A stretch of DNA of 64,000 nt from Chloroflexota bacterium (GTDB lineage: Bacteria; Chloroflexota; Limnocylindria; Limnocylindrales; CSP1-4): the NCBI GenBank assembly GCA_947475545.1, contig CANJLL010000001.1:755734-819733 (forward strand), given 5' to 3'. The translations under genes were made by a program, and so were the position numbers. Below are positions 47,774 through 58,581 of this stretch, piece by piece (the first letter of the stretch is position 1; each line of letters starts with the position of its first letter). Under the pieces are notes generated by a model that had not been told where the DNA came from, did not search any database, and saw only the letters and a program-made list of their open reading frames with translations.

Positions 47774-49168
47774 TCAGGGCGTGCTGGTCGCGGCGTCATG
47801 GGCGCGAATGCGCGAGGGGTGAAGCACCCGGAGCTCGGGCGACCCGAACCAGGCCCACGCGACGGCCGCCAGGGTGATGACCCCGCCACCCGCCAGGGCC
47901 ACCTGGACGCCCAGCTGTTCCGCGATCAGGCCGGACAGGACGTTCCCCAGCGGTGCGACACCCAGCGCCATCACCATATACAGCGACATCACGCGACCAC
48001 GCATCCTGGGCACCGAGAGCACCTGGAGGAGCGACTGGATCGTCGAGTAGAAACCCACCTGTGCCGCGCCATAGATGACGAGCCCGACAATCGAGACGGG
48101 CAGTGACGTGGACACCGCGAAGATCGTGAGCATGACGGCCACCAGGCCCAGGCCGCCCATCATCAGCCGCGCGCTGCCGCCGCCGGGCAGCACGACCGCG
48201 TAGCTGCCCGCACCCAGGATGGCACCCGCCCCAACCGCGCCCAGGAGGAGCCCGAGGCCGGGCGCCCCGATCTCCAGGATGTCGCGCGCATACACGGGGA
48301 AGAACGTGAAGACGTTCAGGACGAACAGGCCGGGCACCCCTGCCAGGAGCACCAGCAGAGCGATCATCGGCTGCGATCGCACGTAGCCGATGCCGGCGAG
48401 GAGGTTCGACCAGAGGCTGGCCTGGGTCCGGGCGCCAGGGCGTGGAGGAATCGGCAGCCGCCACATGATCGCGGCGACCACCAGGTAGCCCGCGGCGTTG
48501 GCCCAGAAGCCCACCACGAGCCCGCCGGCGGCGATCGCCAGCCCGGCCAGCGCGGGCCCAAGGATCCGTGCGATGTTGTACGAGACCGAGTTGAGCGCGA
48601 TGGCATTGCCGATGGCGCTCCGGTGGACCATCGTCGGCAGGATTGACTGCTGCGACGGATACGAGACGGCCTGCGTGGCGCCGCCGAGGAACGCGAGGAC
48701 GACAATCTCCCAGTAGACGACGGCGTTGGTCATCGTGAGCACTGCCAGCACCACCGCCAGGAGTGCGCCAGCCAGGTAGGTCAGGACCAGCAGCCGGCGC
48801 CGGTCAACCTGGTCGGCGAGCGCCCCCGCCAGGAGCGAGATCAGGAGCATTGGGGCGTTCTGGGCCGCGGTCGTGAGTGCCAGGAGCCCCGGCGAATTGG
48901 TCAGCGTCAGGACCAGCCAACCCTGGGACGTGGAGTACATCAGGCCGCCGATCGTCGCCACCGTGTAGCCGAACAGGAGGTTCCGATAGGCCGGCGACGC
49001 GAGGGCCGGCAGGTGCCTGATGACGCGGCCGCCGAGGCCGCCAGAGACCAGGATCGGACGCGGCGTGTCCACCCCCGGCTGGACGCCGGGCCCATCCGGG
49101 GACGATCCCTCCGCGCTGGGTGGGGTGGTGTCAGGGCCGGTCGGCGAGGTGCCGCCGACCGAAGCCAT
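47774..49168 (-). CDS. MFS transporter (EntS/enterobactin-exporter-like subfamily)
   Basis: 12-TM MFS protein. The Pro/Gly-rich N-terminal leader is retained from MASVGG. Confidence 0.8.
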   Translation of the reverse strand: MASVGGTSPTGPDTTPPSAEGSSPDGPGVQPGVDTPRPILVSGGLGGRVIRHLPALASPAYRNLLFGYTVATIGGLMYSTSQGWLVLTLTNSPGLLALTTAAQNAPMLLISLLAGALADQVDRRRLLVLTYLAGALLAVVLAVLTMTNAVVYWEIVVLAFLGGATQAVSYPSQQSILPTMVHRSAIGNAIALNSVSYNIARILGPALAGLAIAAGGLVVGFWANAAGYLVVAAIMWRLPIPPRPGARTQASLWSNLLAGIGYVRSQPMIALLVLLAGVPGLFVLNVFTFFPVYARDILEIGAPGLGLLLGAVGAGAILGAGSYAVVLPGGGSARLMMGGLGLVAVMLTIFAVSTSLPVSIVGLVIYGAAQVGFYSTIQSLLQVLSVPRMRGRVMSLYMVMALGVAPLGNVLSGLIAEQLGVQVALAGGGVITLAAVAWAWFGSPELRVLHPSRIRAHDAATSTP

Positions 49169-49175
49169 CTCCCCT

Positions 49176-50582
49176 TCAGTCGGCGGCGTCGGCAGCCCCT
49201 GGCTCCTGTGTCCGCCCGGCGTCGTCCCGCTGGATCGTAATGGGTCCAAGGCCGGCCGCCTCGAGGTCCGCCCCGAACGCGTCCGCGTCGCCCACGAGGA
49301 CGATCGCCGAGCGCTCCGGCTGGATGTGGGCCCGCGCGGCGGTCAGCACCTGCTCCGCCGACACGGCCTCGATGGCCGGCCGGTAGAGGTTCAGCTCGTC
49401 GTCGGGAAGGCCCATCGAGACCAGGCCACCCAGCGCACCGACCACCGCGCCCGGTGTCTCGAACCGGAGCGGGAAGATGCCGACCAGGAAGTCGCGGGCG
49501 GCGTTCAGCTCGTCCCGGGAGACCAGGCCGTCGCGGATGCGGTCCAGCTCGGCCAGCATGTCTTGCACGGCCGGGACGGTGACCTCGGTGTTGACGGCTG
49601 CGCGCGTTCCGAACGGGCCGGCGGACCGACGCAGGTCGAACCCGGCGCTGGCGCCATAGGTGTAGCCCTTCTCCTCGCGCAGCTTCATGTTCATCCGCGA
49701 GTTGAACAGGCCGCCCAGGATCGCGCTCATCACCGAGACCGCGTGGAAGTCAGGGATCCGGCGCGCCGCCCCCGGGTGGCCGATCCGGATCTCCGTCTGG
49801 ACCGCGCCCGGGCGATGGACCACGCGGACAAACCTGGATTCCACCGCCGAGTCCGCCGAGATGTCACCGGGCACCACGGCCCTGGGATGGCGGTCCCACG
49901 CGCCGAACAGCGTGCTGGCAATGTGGTGGACATCCAGGCCGGCGAGCGAGCCACCGATGACCAGCGTGGTTCGCGCGGGATCAAACCAGCGGGCCCAGGC
50001 CCCCTCCACCCGGTCGCGGTTGAGCCCGGCAACCGTTTCGCGGGTCCCGCCCATGGGCCGGCCGTACGGCGAGCCGCGGTAGATGGAGAGCGCGAACTCC
50101 TCCTCGGCGCGGCGGCGCGGATCCGCCTTGGCCTGGAGCAGGTCGTTGAGCCGCTCGTCGCGAAGGCGGTCCACCTCGGCCTCCGGGAAGGCGGGTTCCA
50201 GGACCATCTCGGCGAGCAGCTCCAGCGCCGGCAGGAGCCGCGCGGCCGAAACGGCCACGCCGGCGGTCACGGCATCCCAGCCCGCCTCGGCGTGGAGCGA
50301 GGCGCCCCACCGTTCGGCATTCTCGGTGAGCTCGATCGCGTCGCGGAACTTGGTGCCCTCGGACAGGGCCCTTGCCGCCAGCACCGTGGCACCGGCCTGG
50401 TCCGCGGGCTCGTCCGCCGCGCCGGAGCGGAAGACCAGCTGGGCGGAGAGGAGCGGGCGTCCCGGCAGGTCCACGACCAGCACGTTGAGCCCATTGGCCA
50501 GCTGCCGGCGCTCAAACGGCGGGAACTGGTAGGGCCGGGGCGTGCCCGGGGTGGGCCGCTCCTTGACGACGATGTCGGTCAT
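49176..50582 (-). CDS. M16-family peptidase, non-catalytic (beta-like) subunit
   Basis: M16 fold without the HxxEH zinc motif. Paired with the active M16 gene upstream. Confidence 0.8.
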   Translation of the reverse strand: MTDIVVKERPTPGTPRPYQFPPFERRQLANGLNVLVVDLPGRPLLSAQLVFRSGAADEPADQAGATVLAARALSEGTKFRDAIELTENAERWGASLHAEAGWDAVTAGVAVSAARLLPALELLAEMVLEPAFPEAEVDRLRDERLNDLLQAKADPRRRAEEEFALSIYRGSPYGRPMGGTRETVAGLNRDRVEGAWARWFDPARTTLVIGGSLAGLDVHHIASTLFGAWDRHPRAVVPGDISADSAVESRFVRVVHRPGAVQTEIRIGHPGAARRIPDFHAVSVMSAILGGLFNSRMNMKLREEKGYTYGASAGFDLRRSAGPFGTRAAVNTEVTVPAVQDMLAELDRIRDGLVSRDELNAARDFLVGIFPLRFETPGAVVGALGGLVSMGLPDDELNLYRPAIEAVSAEQVLTAARAHIQPERSAIVLVGDADAFGADLEAAGLGPITIQRDDAGRTQEPGAADAAD

Positions 50583-51921
50583 GCCACCACCTGCTTGTCA
50601 TCGGAACCGGCCTCACCGGGCACGTCCTGCGCGTCGCCGTCGGGTGGCGCCACCTTGGGCACGTAGGTCAGCACCACGCGGTTGTCGGGCCGCAGCACGT
50701 CGGCGGCCACCGCCTGGATCTGCTCCGCCGTCACCGACAGGTAGCGGTCCAACATGCGGTTGATCATGTCGGGGTCGTCGAACAGCGTGGCGTACATGGA
50801 CAGCCGATCGGCCCGCTCCTCGGTCCGCTGAAGCGCGCCCAGCTCATCCGACTCGATCAGCGCCTTGGCCCGTTGGAGCTCGTCCGCGGTCACCGGCTCC
50901 CGGGTCAGCAGCTCCAGCTCCTCCCAGTAGGCGGCCTCGACCACAGCAAGATCCACGCCGGGCCGGACCGTGGCCCAGCCGGCCGTGATGGAGGCGCCGC
51001 CCACGAAGCCCATCGAGAAGAACGACACGTCCTGCGCCAGCCGCTCCTTGCGGACCAGCCGGCGATGGAGCCGGCTCCCCTTCCCGCCCGACAGGATCTG
51101 GCCGGCCAGGTCGAGCGCGTCGAGCCGCGGGTCGCCGAACGCCGGCGAGCGGAATCCCCAGTAGATGCGCGGCAGCGGCACGTTGTCCGTGACGGTCTCA
51201 CGGATCTCGCCACCGATGGTGGGCGGCAGGCTGAGGTCACCCAGCTGCGGGAAGCTGGCGTTGGCCGGGATGGCACCGAAGTAGTGGTCCACCCAGCGAC
51301 GGACCTCGGCGGGATCCACGTCGCCCACCACGGAGAGGACCGCATTGTTGGGCGCGTACCAGGTGCGGAAGAACTGGCCGACGTCCTCCAGGGAGGCGGC
51401 GTCGAGGTCTTCCATGCTGCCGATGGTCGTGTGGTGGTACGGGTGCCCCTCCGGGTAGAGGTACTCCTGGATCTTCTCGCTCCACGACCCGTACGGCCGG
51501 TTGTCGTACGACCAGCGCTTCTCGTTCTTGACGACAGCCCGCTGGTTGTCGAGGTTCTCCTGGCTGAGCGCGGCCAGGAGGGTACCCATCCGGTCGGCCT
51601 CCAGCCAGAGCGCCAGCTCCAGCTGGTGGGACGGCATGGTCTCGAAGTAGTTGGTCCGGTCCAGCCACGTGGTCCCGTTCATGGAGCCGCCAGCGGCCTG
51701 GATCAGGGCGATGTGCTCGGCCTTGCCCACGTTGGCGGAGCCCTGGAACATCACGTGCTCGAAGAGATGCGCAAAGCCCGTCTTGCCGGGCTGCTCGTGC
51801 TTGGAGCCGACGTTGTACCAGACGTTGACGGCGGCGACCGGGGCCAGGTGGTCCTCGGCGATAATCAGGCGCAAGCCGTTGGGCAGGCGCTCGTCGGTGA
51901 ACGGGACGTGGACGTCGGACA
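50579..51921 (-). CDS. M16-family zinc metallopeptidase (pitrilysin-like), catalytic subunit
   Basis: HLFEHVMFQG inverted zinc-binding motif. Stop overlaps the start of the downstream gene. Confidence 0.85.
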
Positions 51922-52055
51922 TGGGCGGTGGGGCTCCAAGCGGCCGGTGGGGCACTGTTTGAGCGATTGTAGTTGGCTCCGGCCGAAGGTCTTCGGGGTT
52001 GGCGAGGCTGCGAGCGCCGAGGGACGACACGCAAATGCGCCGAGGCGATGCCGGG

Positions 52056-52874
52056 CTAGAAGTCCCGCGGGTCCGCGAAGCCGGCCCGCTCGGCCTGCAG
52101 GAACGTGACCATCTCGAACGCGGCTCCAGCGTCCAGGGTGCGGTTGAGCTGCTCCACCACGTGGCGGTTGACCACGCGCTTCGTCCAGGCCAGCGCGTAG
52201 GCGGGGCGCTGGAGCAGCCGTCGGACGAAGTCGTCGACCGTGGCGTCCAGCTCCCCGGCCGGGACGGCGCGGTTGATCAGGTGCATGTCGGCCAGCTCCC
52301 GACCGCTGAACGTGCGTCGGAGCATCAGGAACTCCTTGACCACCGGCGGCGAGAAGAAGAGTGGCGCCAGCGCCATGCCGCCGTCCCCGGGCACGATCCC
52401 GAACGGGGCACCAAACGGCTCGCCGTTCAGTTCCAACTCCGCGAGCGCCAGGTGGGTGTCCCCAACGAGCGCGTCCTCGCGGGCGATGATCAGATCACAG
52501 CCGAACATGAATGCCGGCGCAAACCCCATGACGGTTCCGTTGACCCGCGCCACGATGGGCTTCTCGATCTGCGCCATCGCCTCGTGGCAGCGGACCAGGC
52601 CGGTGAACGTGCGCCAGAGGCGACGCGGGTCCGTGAGCGTCCCCGGCGTAGCCATCGAGGCTCGATACTGGGCCGTGGTGGGGCCCAGCGAGAAGATCCC
52701 GTCGTGCTCGCCCGTGATCACGATGACGCGGACGGAATCCTCGCCGCGCAGGGCGCTGAACACCTCCCCGAGGTCCCAGTGGATGTCGCCGCCCGGCCGC
52801 TTTGGGTGACGGATCCGGATGGTGGCCACCTGCCCGGCCACGTCCATGGCGATCGATGGATAGTCGAGCTTCAC
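52056..52874 (-). CDS. Enoyl-CoA hydratase/isomerase (crotonase)-family protein
   Basis: Crotonase fold (ATIRIRHPKRP..., ARVNGTVMGFAPAFMFGCDLIIA). GTG at 52874 or ATG at 52847. The upstream Arg/Gly-rich extension is excluded. Confidence 0.7.
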   Translation of the reverse strand: MKLDYPSIAMDVAGQVATIRIRHPKRPGGDIHWDLGEVFSALRGEDSVRVIVITGEHDGIFSLGPTTAQYRASMATPGTLTDPRRLWRTFTGLVRCHEAMAQIEKPIVARVNGTVMGFAPAFMFGCDLIIAREDALVGDTHLALAELELNGEPFGAPFGIVPGDGGMALAPLFFSPPVVKEFLMLRRTFSGRELADMHLINRAVPAGELDATVDDFVRRLLQRPAYALAWTKRVVNRHVVEQLNRTLDAGAAFEMVTFLQAERAGFADPRDF

Positions 52875-52947
52875 GGGCCCCTCCTGTCCCGCGGATCGTA
52901 CCGCCGACACGTACGGCGACAGCTGGCCGAACCTACAATCCCCGCCA

Positions 52948-53567
52948 TGCACACCCCGTCGTCCCTTCACCGGGCCCTCGCCACCGCCGCCATGGCGATC
53001 CTGGTCCTCCTGGTGGCACCCATGGGGGCCCTGGGGCATGCGGCCCTCAACGCCAGCGACCCCGCGGACAAGGCCACGGTCCCCGGTCCGCACCCGGGGC
53101 CCATCACCCTGGCCTTCTCGGAAGCACTCCGGTCGGGCAGCCACGCGGAGCTGCTGAACGCCGGCGGGACCAAGGTGGCCGACGCGGCCATCAACGCGGC
53201 CAACCCGGCCCTCATGACCTTCACCCTGGCGGCGCCGCTGGCGCCGGGCGCCTATTCGATCCAGTGGACGAGCGTCGCCGCGGACAAGGACGTCGCCCGC
53301 GGGACCCTGTCGCTCACGGTCGCCCAGCCCACGCCGGCGCCCGCCGCGCCGACCATCGCCACCACGGCCACACCCGCCGCGCCGACGGCCCCGTCGGCCG
53401 CCGCGTCCATCGCCCCGTCGACGGCGGCCCCCGCGACCGCCGCCCCGGCCGCCGGCTCGGACGCGGCGTCGTCGGGCGGCATGGACGTGCTCATCCCGAT
53501 CATCGCCGTGGTCGTGCTCGTCGGCGTCGTAACGACCGTGCTCGTCCGCCGCAAGCCCGCAGCCTGA
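52948..53567 (+). CDS. CopC-domain copper-binding protein with C-terminal membrane anchor
   Basis: Signal peptide, then HAALNASDPADKATV (CopC N-terminal His site), a Pro/Ala/Thr linker, and a C-terminal TM. Confidence 0.7.
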
Positions 53568-53578
53568 TCCGCCGCCTA

Positions 53579-54967
53579 ATGCCAACCCGCACCTGGGCGT
53601 CCCGCCTCGTCCGGCTGGGTGGAGCCGCGGGCGCCGCCCTCGTCACCCTGGCCCTGCCGGCCACGGCCGCCGCGCACCAGGCCAGCGCGGTCTACGCGAG
53701 CCGGCTGCCGCTGGCGGTGTACGTCGCCGGCGCAGGCCTGGTGGTGGCGCTGTCGTTCGTCTTCGTGCTGGCCCGCGACCTGCGGGCGGCCGTGCCGGCC
53801 CCGGACAGCGCGCAGCGCGTGATCGTCCCGGGCGCGCTCCGCGGCCTGCTCCGCGTCCTTGGCCTGGTCGCGTGGACGTGGATCATGGCCCAGGGCATCG
53901 TGGGCGGCTCATCGAGCGCCGAGGTGGGCCACCTCTTCCTGTGGATCTACGGCTGGGTGGGGCTGGCGATGGTCAGCGCCTTCGTGGGTCCCGCCTGGGA
54001 GTGGCTGGATCCCTTCGCCACACTCCACGACCTGGGGGCCTGGGCGCTGCGCCAACTTGGCGTCACGGACATCACGCCGGCGGAGCTCCCCACCCGCCTC
54101 GCGATCTGGCCGGCCGTCGCCGGCTTCGCCCTGTTCGTGGGGTTGGAGCTGATCCTGGGCGGCGGTGACGCCTTCACGCTCTTCGCCGTCGTCCTTGCGT
54201 ACACCGTCTTCACGCTGGCGATGATGGCCCAGTTCGGCCGCGACGAGTGGCGCGCCAGCGGCGAGACGTTCACGGTCTGGTTCGGCCTGCTGGGGCGCCT
54301 GGCCCCGCTGACCCTCACCGATGACGATGGTTCGCTCCGGCGCCGCGGGTTTGGGACCGGCCTGCTCGAGGAGGGCTGGCTGGCCGCGGACGTCGTCCTT
54401 GTGGGGCTGGGCACGGGCTCGATCCTGTTCGACGGCCTGTCGCAGACGCAGGCCTGGTTCAACCTCTTCGGCGCCCCGGCAACGCTGGGCCAGGCAGGCC
54501 TCCTGGTCGCCTTCCTCGCGGTCATCGTGGGTGCCGCCTTCCTCGCGGTCCGGGCGGTTGGGGTGCCGGCAACTGGCGCCGCCCTCCTGCCCATCGCGAT
54601 CGGCTACCTGGTCGCCCACTACCTGACCTACCTGCTGGTGGACGGCCAGCGGATCGTGGTGGCGCTTGCGGACCCGCTCCAGCAGGGCTGGGCGCTCCTG
54701 CCGACCGCCTTCTACGAGCCGAGCGGCGCCTGGCTGCCGGCCGGCCTCGTCTGGACGATCCAGCTGGCGGCGGTCGTGGGCGGGCACATGCTGGGCGCTT
54801 GGGGCGGGCACGTGGTTGCAGCGCGGGATACCGGGCGGACGACGAATGACGCACGCCCCGGTCGGGACCGACGCCTCCGCGAGGTTCCCCTGGCCATCGT
54901 GATGGTGGGCCTGACCACGCTGACCCTCTGGTCGCTGGGCCAGTCGCTGGTGGTCCAGGCGCCGTAG
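53579..54967 (+). CDS. Polytopic membrane protein, possibly CopD-like
   Basis: N-terminal signal ending in AAAHQ, followed by multiple TM helices. Family assignment is tentative. Confidence 0.45.
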   Translation: MPTRTWASRLVRLGGAAGAALVTLALPATAAAHQASAVYASRLPLAVYVAGAGLVVALSFVFVLARDLRAAVPAPDSAQRVIVPGALRGLLRVLGLVAWTWIMAQGIVGGSSSAEVGHLFLWIYGWVGLAMVSAFVGPAWEWLDPFATLHDLGAWALRQLGVTDITPAELPTRLAIWPAVAGFALFVGLELILGGGDAFTLFAVVLAYTVFTLAMMAQFGRDEWRASGETFTVWFGLLGRLAPLTLTDDDGSLRRRGFGTGLLEEGWLAADVVLVGLGTGSILFDGLSQTQAWFNLFGAPATLGQAGLLVAFLAVIVGAAFLAVRAVGVPATGAALLPIAIGYLVAHYLTYLLVDGQRIVVALADPLQQGWALLPTAFYEPSGAWLPAGLVWTIQLAAVVGGHMLGAWGGHVVAARDTGRTTNDARPGRDRRLREVPLAIVMVGLTTLTLWSLGQSLVVQAP

Positions 54968-55035
54968 CCCCCAGGCGGCCCAAGGCGGGCGGTCAGCCCG
55001 GCCGCGCCGCGATCAGCGCGGCCGCCGCGCAGTGA

Positions 55036-58000
55036 TCAGCGGCTTCCGCGGACCTCGGGTCGGGGCTGGACCCACTCGTTGAGCGAGCGCACCTCGGAGA
55101 TCCTGGCCGCAATCGCCGGATCGAGCGCCTCGGCCGCCGCCACCGCCGTCTCGATCGCCGTCAGGCAGAGGATCCCCTCCCCCGTCGCCGCCAGTCGGAT
55201 CGCCATTGCGTCGCGCTCCACCCCGGAGCGCGGCGTGGGCGTGTTGATGACCAGCTGAACCTCGCCGCTGGTGATGAGGTCAAGGACCGGTACCTCGTCA
55301 CCCGCCGGCTGCTCGCCCAGCCTGGCGACCCCCGCCGCCTCGATCCCCGCCGCGGCCAGGCCGGCCCGGGTCCCCGGCGTCGCGGCCACGCGGTAGCCGG
55401 CCATCATCAGCGCCCGGCCCAGGCGTGCCAGGTGCTTCTTGTCGCGGTCGGCGATCGAGACCAGGGCGAGCAGCCTGGGCCCGCCCACCGCCGGCCGTGG
55501 CGGGATGAGCGCCGCACCCTGGAGCGCCTTGGCCAGCGCCACGCGCGGGTCCGTGTGGATTCCGATCACCTCGCCGGTGGACTGCATCCCGGGCCCCACG
55601 GAGGGATCCACGCCACGCAGCTTGAACGTGGAGAACGCCGGCGCCTTGACCGAGACGAACGGCGGTGGCGGGAGGAGCCCGCCGCCCCAGCCCAGCTCGG
55701 GCAGCGTGGCGCCCAGCGCGATCTTGACCGCCAGCTCCACCATCGGCACGCCGGTCACCTTGGACATGAACGGCACGGTGCGCGACGCGCGCGGATTCAC
55801 CTCGATCAGGTAGACCCCGTCTTCGCGGACGATGAACTGCGCGTTCACGAGGCCGCGGGCACCCAGCGCGCGGACCACCCGCTCCATCGACGCGACGATC
55901 AGGCCCTGGTCCGCCTCCGAGACCGACTGCGGCGGGAACATCCCCATCGAGTCGCCCGAGTGGACGCCGGCCTGTTCCACGTGCTCCAGGAGCCCCGGGA
56001 TGAGCACGGTGTGGCCGTCGGAGATGGCGTCGATGTCCACCTCGGTGCCCTCGAGGTAACGGTCGATCCGGACGGGCCGGTCGGGGTCCACGACCGTGGC
56101 GACCGCCAGCTGCCGGACCAGGTCCTCGGGCGAGTAGCAGAAGTCGATGGCGAGGCCGCCGATGACGAACGACGGGCGGACGATGACGGGGTAGCCGATC
56201 CGGTCGGCGATGGCGATGGCCTCGTCCACGGAGCGGGCCATCCCGCCCTCGGGTTGCGGGATCCCCAGTCGGTCCAGCAGGGCGGCGAAGCGGACGCGCT
56301 CCTCCGCCTGGTCGATGGCCTCCAGGTCGGAGCCCAGGAGCGGGACCCCGCCGTCGTGGAGTGGCGCCGCGAGGTTCAGCGGCGTCTGGCCCCCGAAGGC
56401 CACCACCGCGGGCAGGAGCCCGTAGCCGACGGGGGCGGCCGGGTCGGCGTTGGGTGCCCCATCCGGCCCGGACCCGCCCGATTCGGCGTCGATGACGCTC
56501 CGGACACTCTCCGCGTCGAGCGCCTCGAAGTAGAGCCGGGTCGAGGCATCGAAGTCCGTGGAGACGGTCTCCGGGTTGGAGTTGATCATCACCGCGCTCC
56601 AGCCCGAGCGGCGGAGCGTGTCGGCCGCCTGGACGGCGCAGTAGTCGAACTCGATCCCCTGCCCGATCCGGACCGGGCCCGAGCCGATGACGAGGGCGGC
56701 CGGCCGCTGGACCGGCGGCGCCTCGGGCGCCGAGCCCGAGGCGGCATAGGTGGAGTAGAAGTACGGGGTCTCCGCCGCGAACTCCGCGGCGCACGTGTCG
56801 ACCATGGCGTAGCCCGGCACGATGCCCAGCGCGAGCCGTGTCGCCCGGAGGTCCGTCTCCGCCACCCCAGCCAGCGTCGCCAGCTCCCGGTCCCCGAAGC
56901 CGGCCCGCTTGACGGTGGCCAGCAGCTCCGCCGCCTCGGCGTCGGTGGCGTCGGCCAGCCGTGGCCCGATGGCCGTCACCGCCAGCTCCAGGTCCACGTT
57001 CCGGCGCAGCTCCGACACGAACCACGCGGAGATCGCCGTGGCCCGCACGATCACGTCCTCCGGCACCCCGCGCCGGAGGAGGCCCAGGATCCGCCAGAGC
57101 CGGTTGTCCGACGGGGTGAGGAACTGCTTCAGGACGATGGGCGCGGCCGAGCGCTGGGCGAACCGCGTGGACTCACAGGCGCTGCCGTCTTCGCCCACCC
57201 AGTGGATCGCCTGGTCGCCGCGGGCATCCTCGCCTTCGGCCGGGAAGACCGCGCCGAGATAGTCCAGCGTGGGGCCCCAGGCCGGGTCCTCGGCCAACGG
57301 GCCAGCGCCCGCCTGCTCCAGGCCGCGGAGGGCCTTGTTGAGCGCAGAGCCAAAGGTGCGATCGATCGCCATGACCTCGCCGGTGGCCTTCATCTGGCTG
57401 CCCAGCGAGCGGTCCGCGCGCGGGAACTTGTCGAACGGGAAGCGCGGCAGCTTGACCACCACGTAGTCCAGCGCGGGCTCAAACGCGGCCACGGTGGTCC
57501 CGGTGACCACGTTGGGGATCTCCGCCAGGCGCCTGCCCATGGCGATCTGCGCCGCCACCCGGGCGATGGGGTAGCCGGTGGCCTTGGACGCCAGCGCCGA
57601 CGACCGGCTCACCCGTGGGTTCACCTCGATGACCGCGTAGTCCGTGGAGTCGGGCGAGAGCGCGAACTGGACGTTGCAGCCGCCCTCCACGCCCAGGGCG
57701 CGGATGATCGCCAGCGCGGCGGAGCGCAACCGCTGGTGGACCGCGTCCGTCAGCGTCTGCACCGGGGCCACCACGATCGAATCGCCGGTGTGAACCCCCA
57801 GCGGGTCCACGTTCTCCATGGAGCAGACGGCGATGCACGTGTCATCGGCGTCGCGCATCACCTCGTATTCGACCTCCTGCCAGCCCACCAGGCAGCGCTC
57901 GACCATGACCTGGCCGATGGGGCTGGCGCGCAGCCCCGCGCGAATCCGCTCGTGGTAGGCCTCCAGCGTCTCGACGATGCCGCCGCCGGTGCCGCCCAGC

Positions 58001-58581
58001 GTGAACGCGGGCCGGACGATGGCCGGCAGGCCGATCTCGCGGAGCGCCTCGTCGCGCGAGGCTTCGCGGGCCTCCGGCGTGGCGCCCTCCACGATGAAGG
58101 ACGGCGCATATGGCTGCCCGATCCGGTCCAGGAGGTCACGGAATGCCTCGCGGTCTTCGGCCATGTGGATGGCCTCGAGGGGCGTGCCCAGGAGCTTGAC
58201 GTTGTACCGGTCCAGGACGCCGGCGTTGGCCAGGTCCATGGCCAGGTTCAAGCCGGTCTGGCCACCCAGGCCGGCGAGCAGGCCGTCCGGCCGCTCGCGG
58301 GCGATCACCGCCTCGACCGCCGGCACGGTCAGCGGCTCGAGGTAGATCACGTCCGCCACCGTGGGGTCCGTCATGATCGTGGCCGGGTTGGAGTTCACCA
58401 GGATGGTCCGGACGCCCTCGGCGCGCAGCGCGCGGCAGGCCTGCGTGCCGGCGTAGTCGAACTCGGCGGCCTGGCCGATTACGACCGGGCCCGAGCCCAG
58501 GATCAGGACGGACCTCGGGCGCGCGTGTCTCGGCGCATCCGACGCCGCCGCCGGCCCCTGCTGACTCGGCGCCGCGCTCAC
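55036..58581 (-). CDS. carB: Carbamoyl-phosphate synthase large subunit
   Basis: Duplicated ATP-grasp halves (ILGSGPVVIGQAAEFDYAGTQ, IGSGPVRIGQGIEFDYC) and a C-terminal MGS-like domain. Confidence 0.95.
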   Translation of the reverse strand: MSAAPSQQGPAAASDAPRHARPRSVLILGSGPVVIGQAAEFDYAGTQACRALRAEGVRTILVNSNPATIMTDPTVADVIYLEPLTVPAVEAVIARERPDGLLAGLGGQTGLNLAMDLANAGVLDRYNVKLLGTPLEAIHMAEDREAFRDLLDRIGQPYAPSFIVEGATPEAREASRDEALREIGLPAIVRPAFTLGGTGGGIVETLEAYHERIRAGLRASPIGQVMVERCLVGWQEVEYEVMRDADDTCIAVCSMENVDPLGVHTGDSIVVAPVQTLTDAVHQRLRSAALAIIRALGVEGGCNVQFALSPDSTDYAVIEVNPRVSRSSALASKATGYPIARVAAQIAMGRRLAEIPNVVTGTTVAAFEPALDYVVVKLPRFPFDKFPRADRSLGSQMKATGEVMAIDRTFGSALNKALRGLEQAGAGPLAEDPAWGPTLDYLGAVFPAEGEDARGDQAIHWVGEDGSACESTRFAQRSAAPIVLKQFLTPSDNRLWRILGLLRRGVPEDVIVRATAISAWFVSELRRNVDLELAVTAIGPRLADATDAEAAELLATVKRAGFGDRELATLAGVAETDLRATRLALGIVPGYAMVDTCAAEFAAETPYFYSTYAASGSAPEAPPVQRPAALVIGSGPVRIGQGIEFDYCAVQAADTLRRSGWSAVMINSNPETVSTDFDASTRLYFEALDAESVRSVIDAESGGSGPDGAPNADPAAPVGYGLLPAVVAFGGQTPLNLAAPLHDGGVPLLGSDLEAIDQAEERVRFAALLDRLGIPQPEGGMARSVDEAIAIADRIGYPVIVRPSFVIGGLAIDFCYSPEDLVRQLAVATVVDPDRPVRIDRYLEGTEVDIDAISDGHTVLIPGLLEHVEQAGVHSGDSMGMFPPQSVSEADQGLIVASMERVVRALGARGLVNAQFIVREDGVYLIEVNPRASRTVPFMSKVTGVPMVELAVKIALGATLPELGWGGGLLPPPPFVSVKAPAFSTFKLRGVDPSVGPGMQSTGEVIGIHTDPRVALAKALQGAALIPPRPAVGGPRLLALVSIADRDKKHLARLGRALMMAGYRVAATPGTRAGLAAAGIEAAGVARLGEQPAGDEVPVLDLITSGEVQLVINTPTPRSGVERDAMAIRLAATGEGILCLTAIETAVAAAEALDPAIAARISEVRSLNEWVQPRPEVRGSR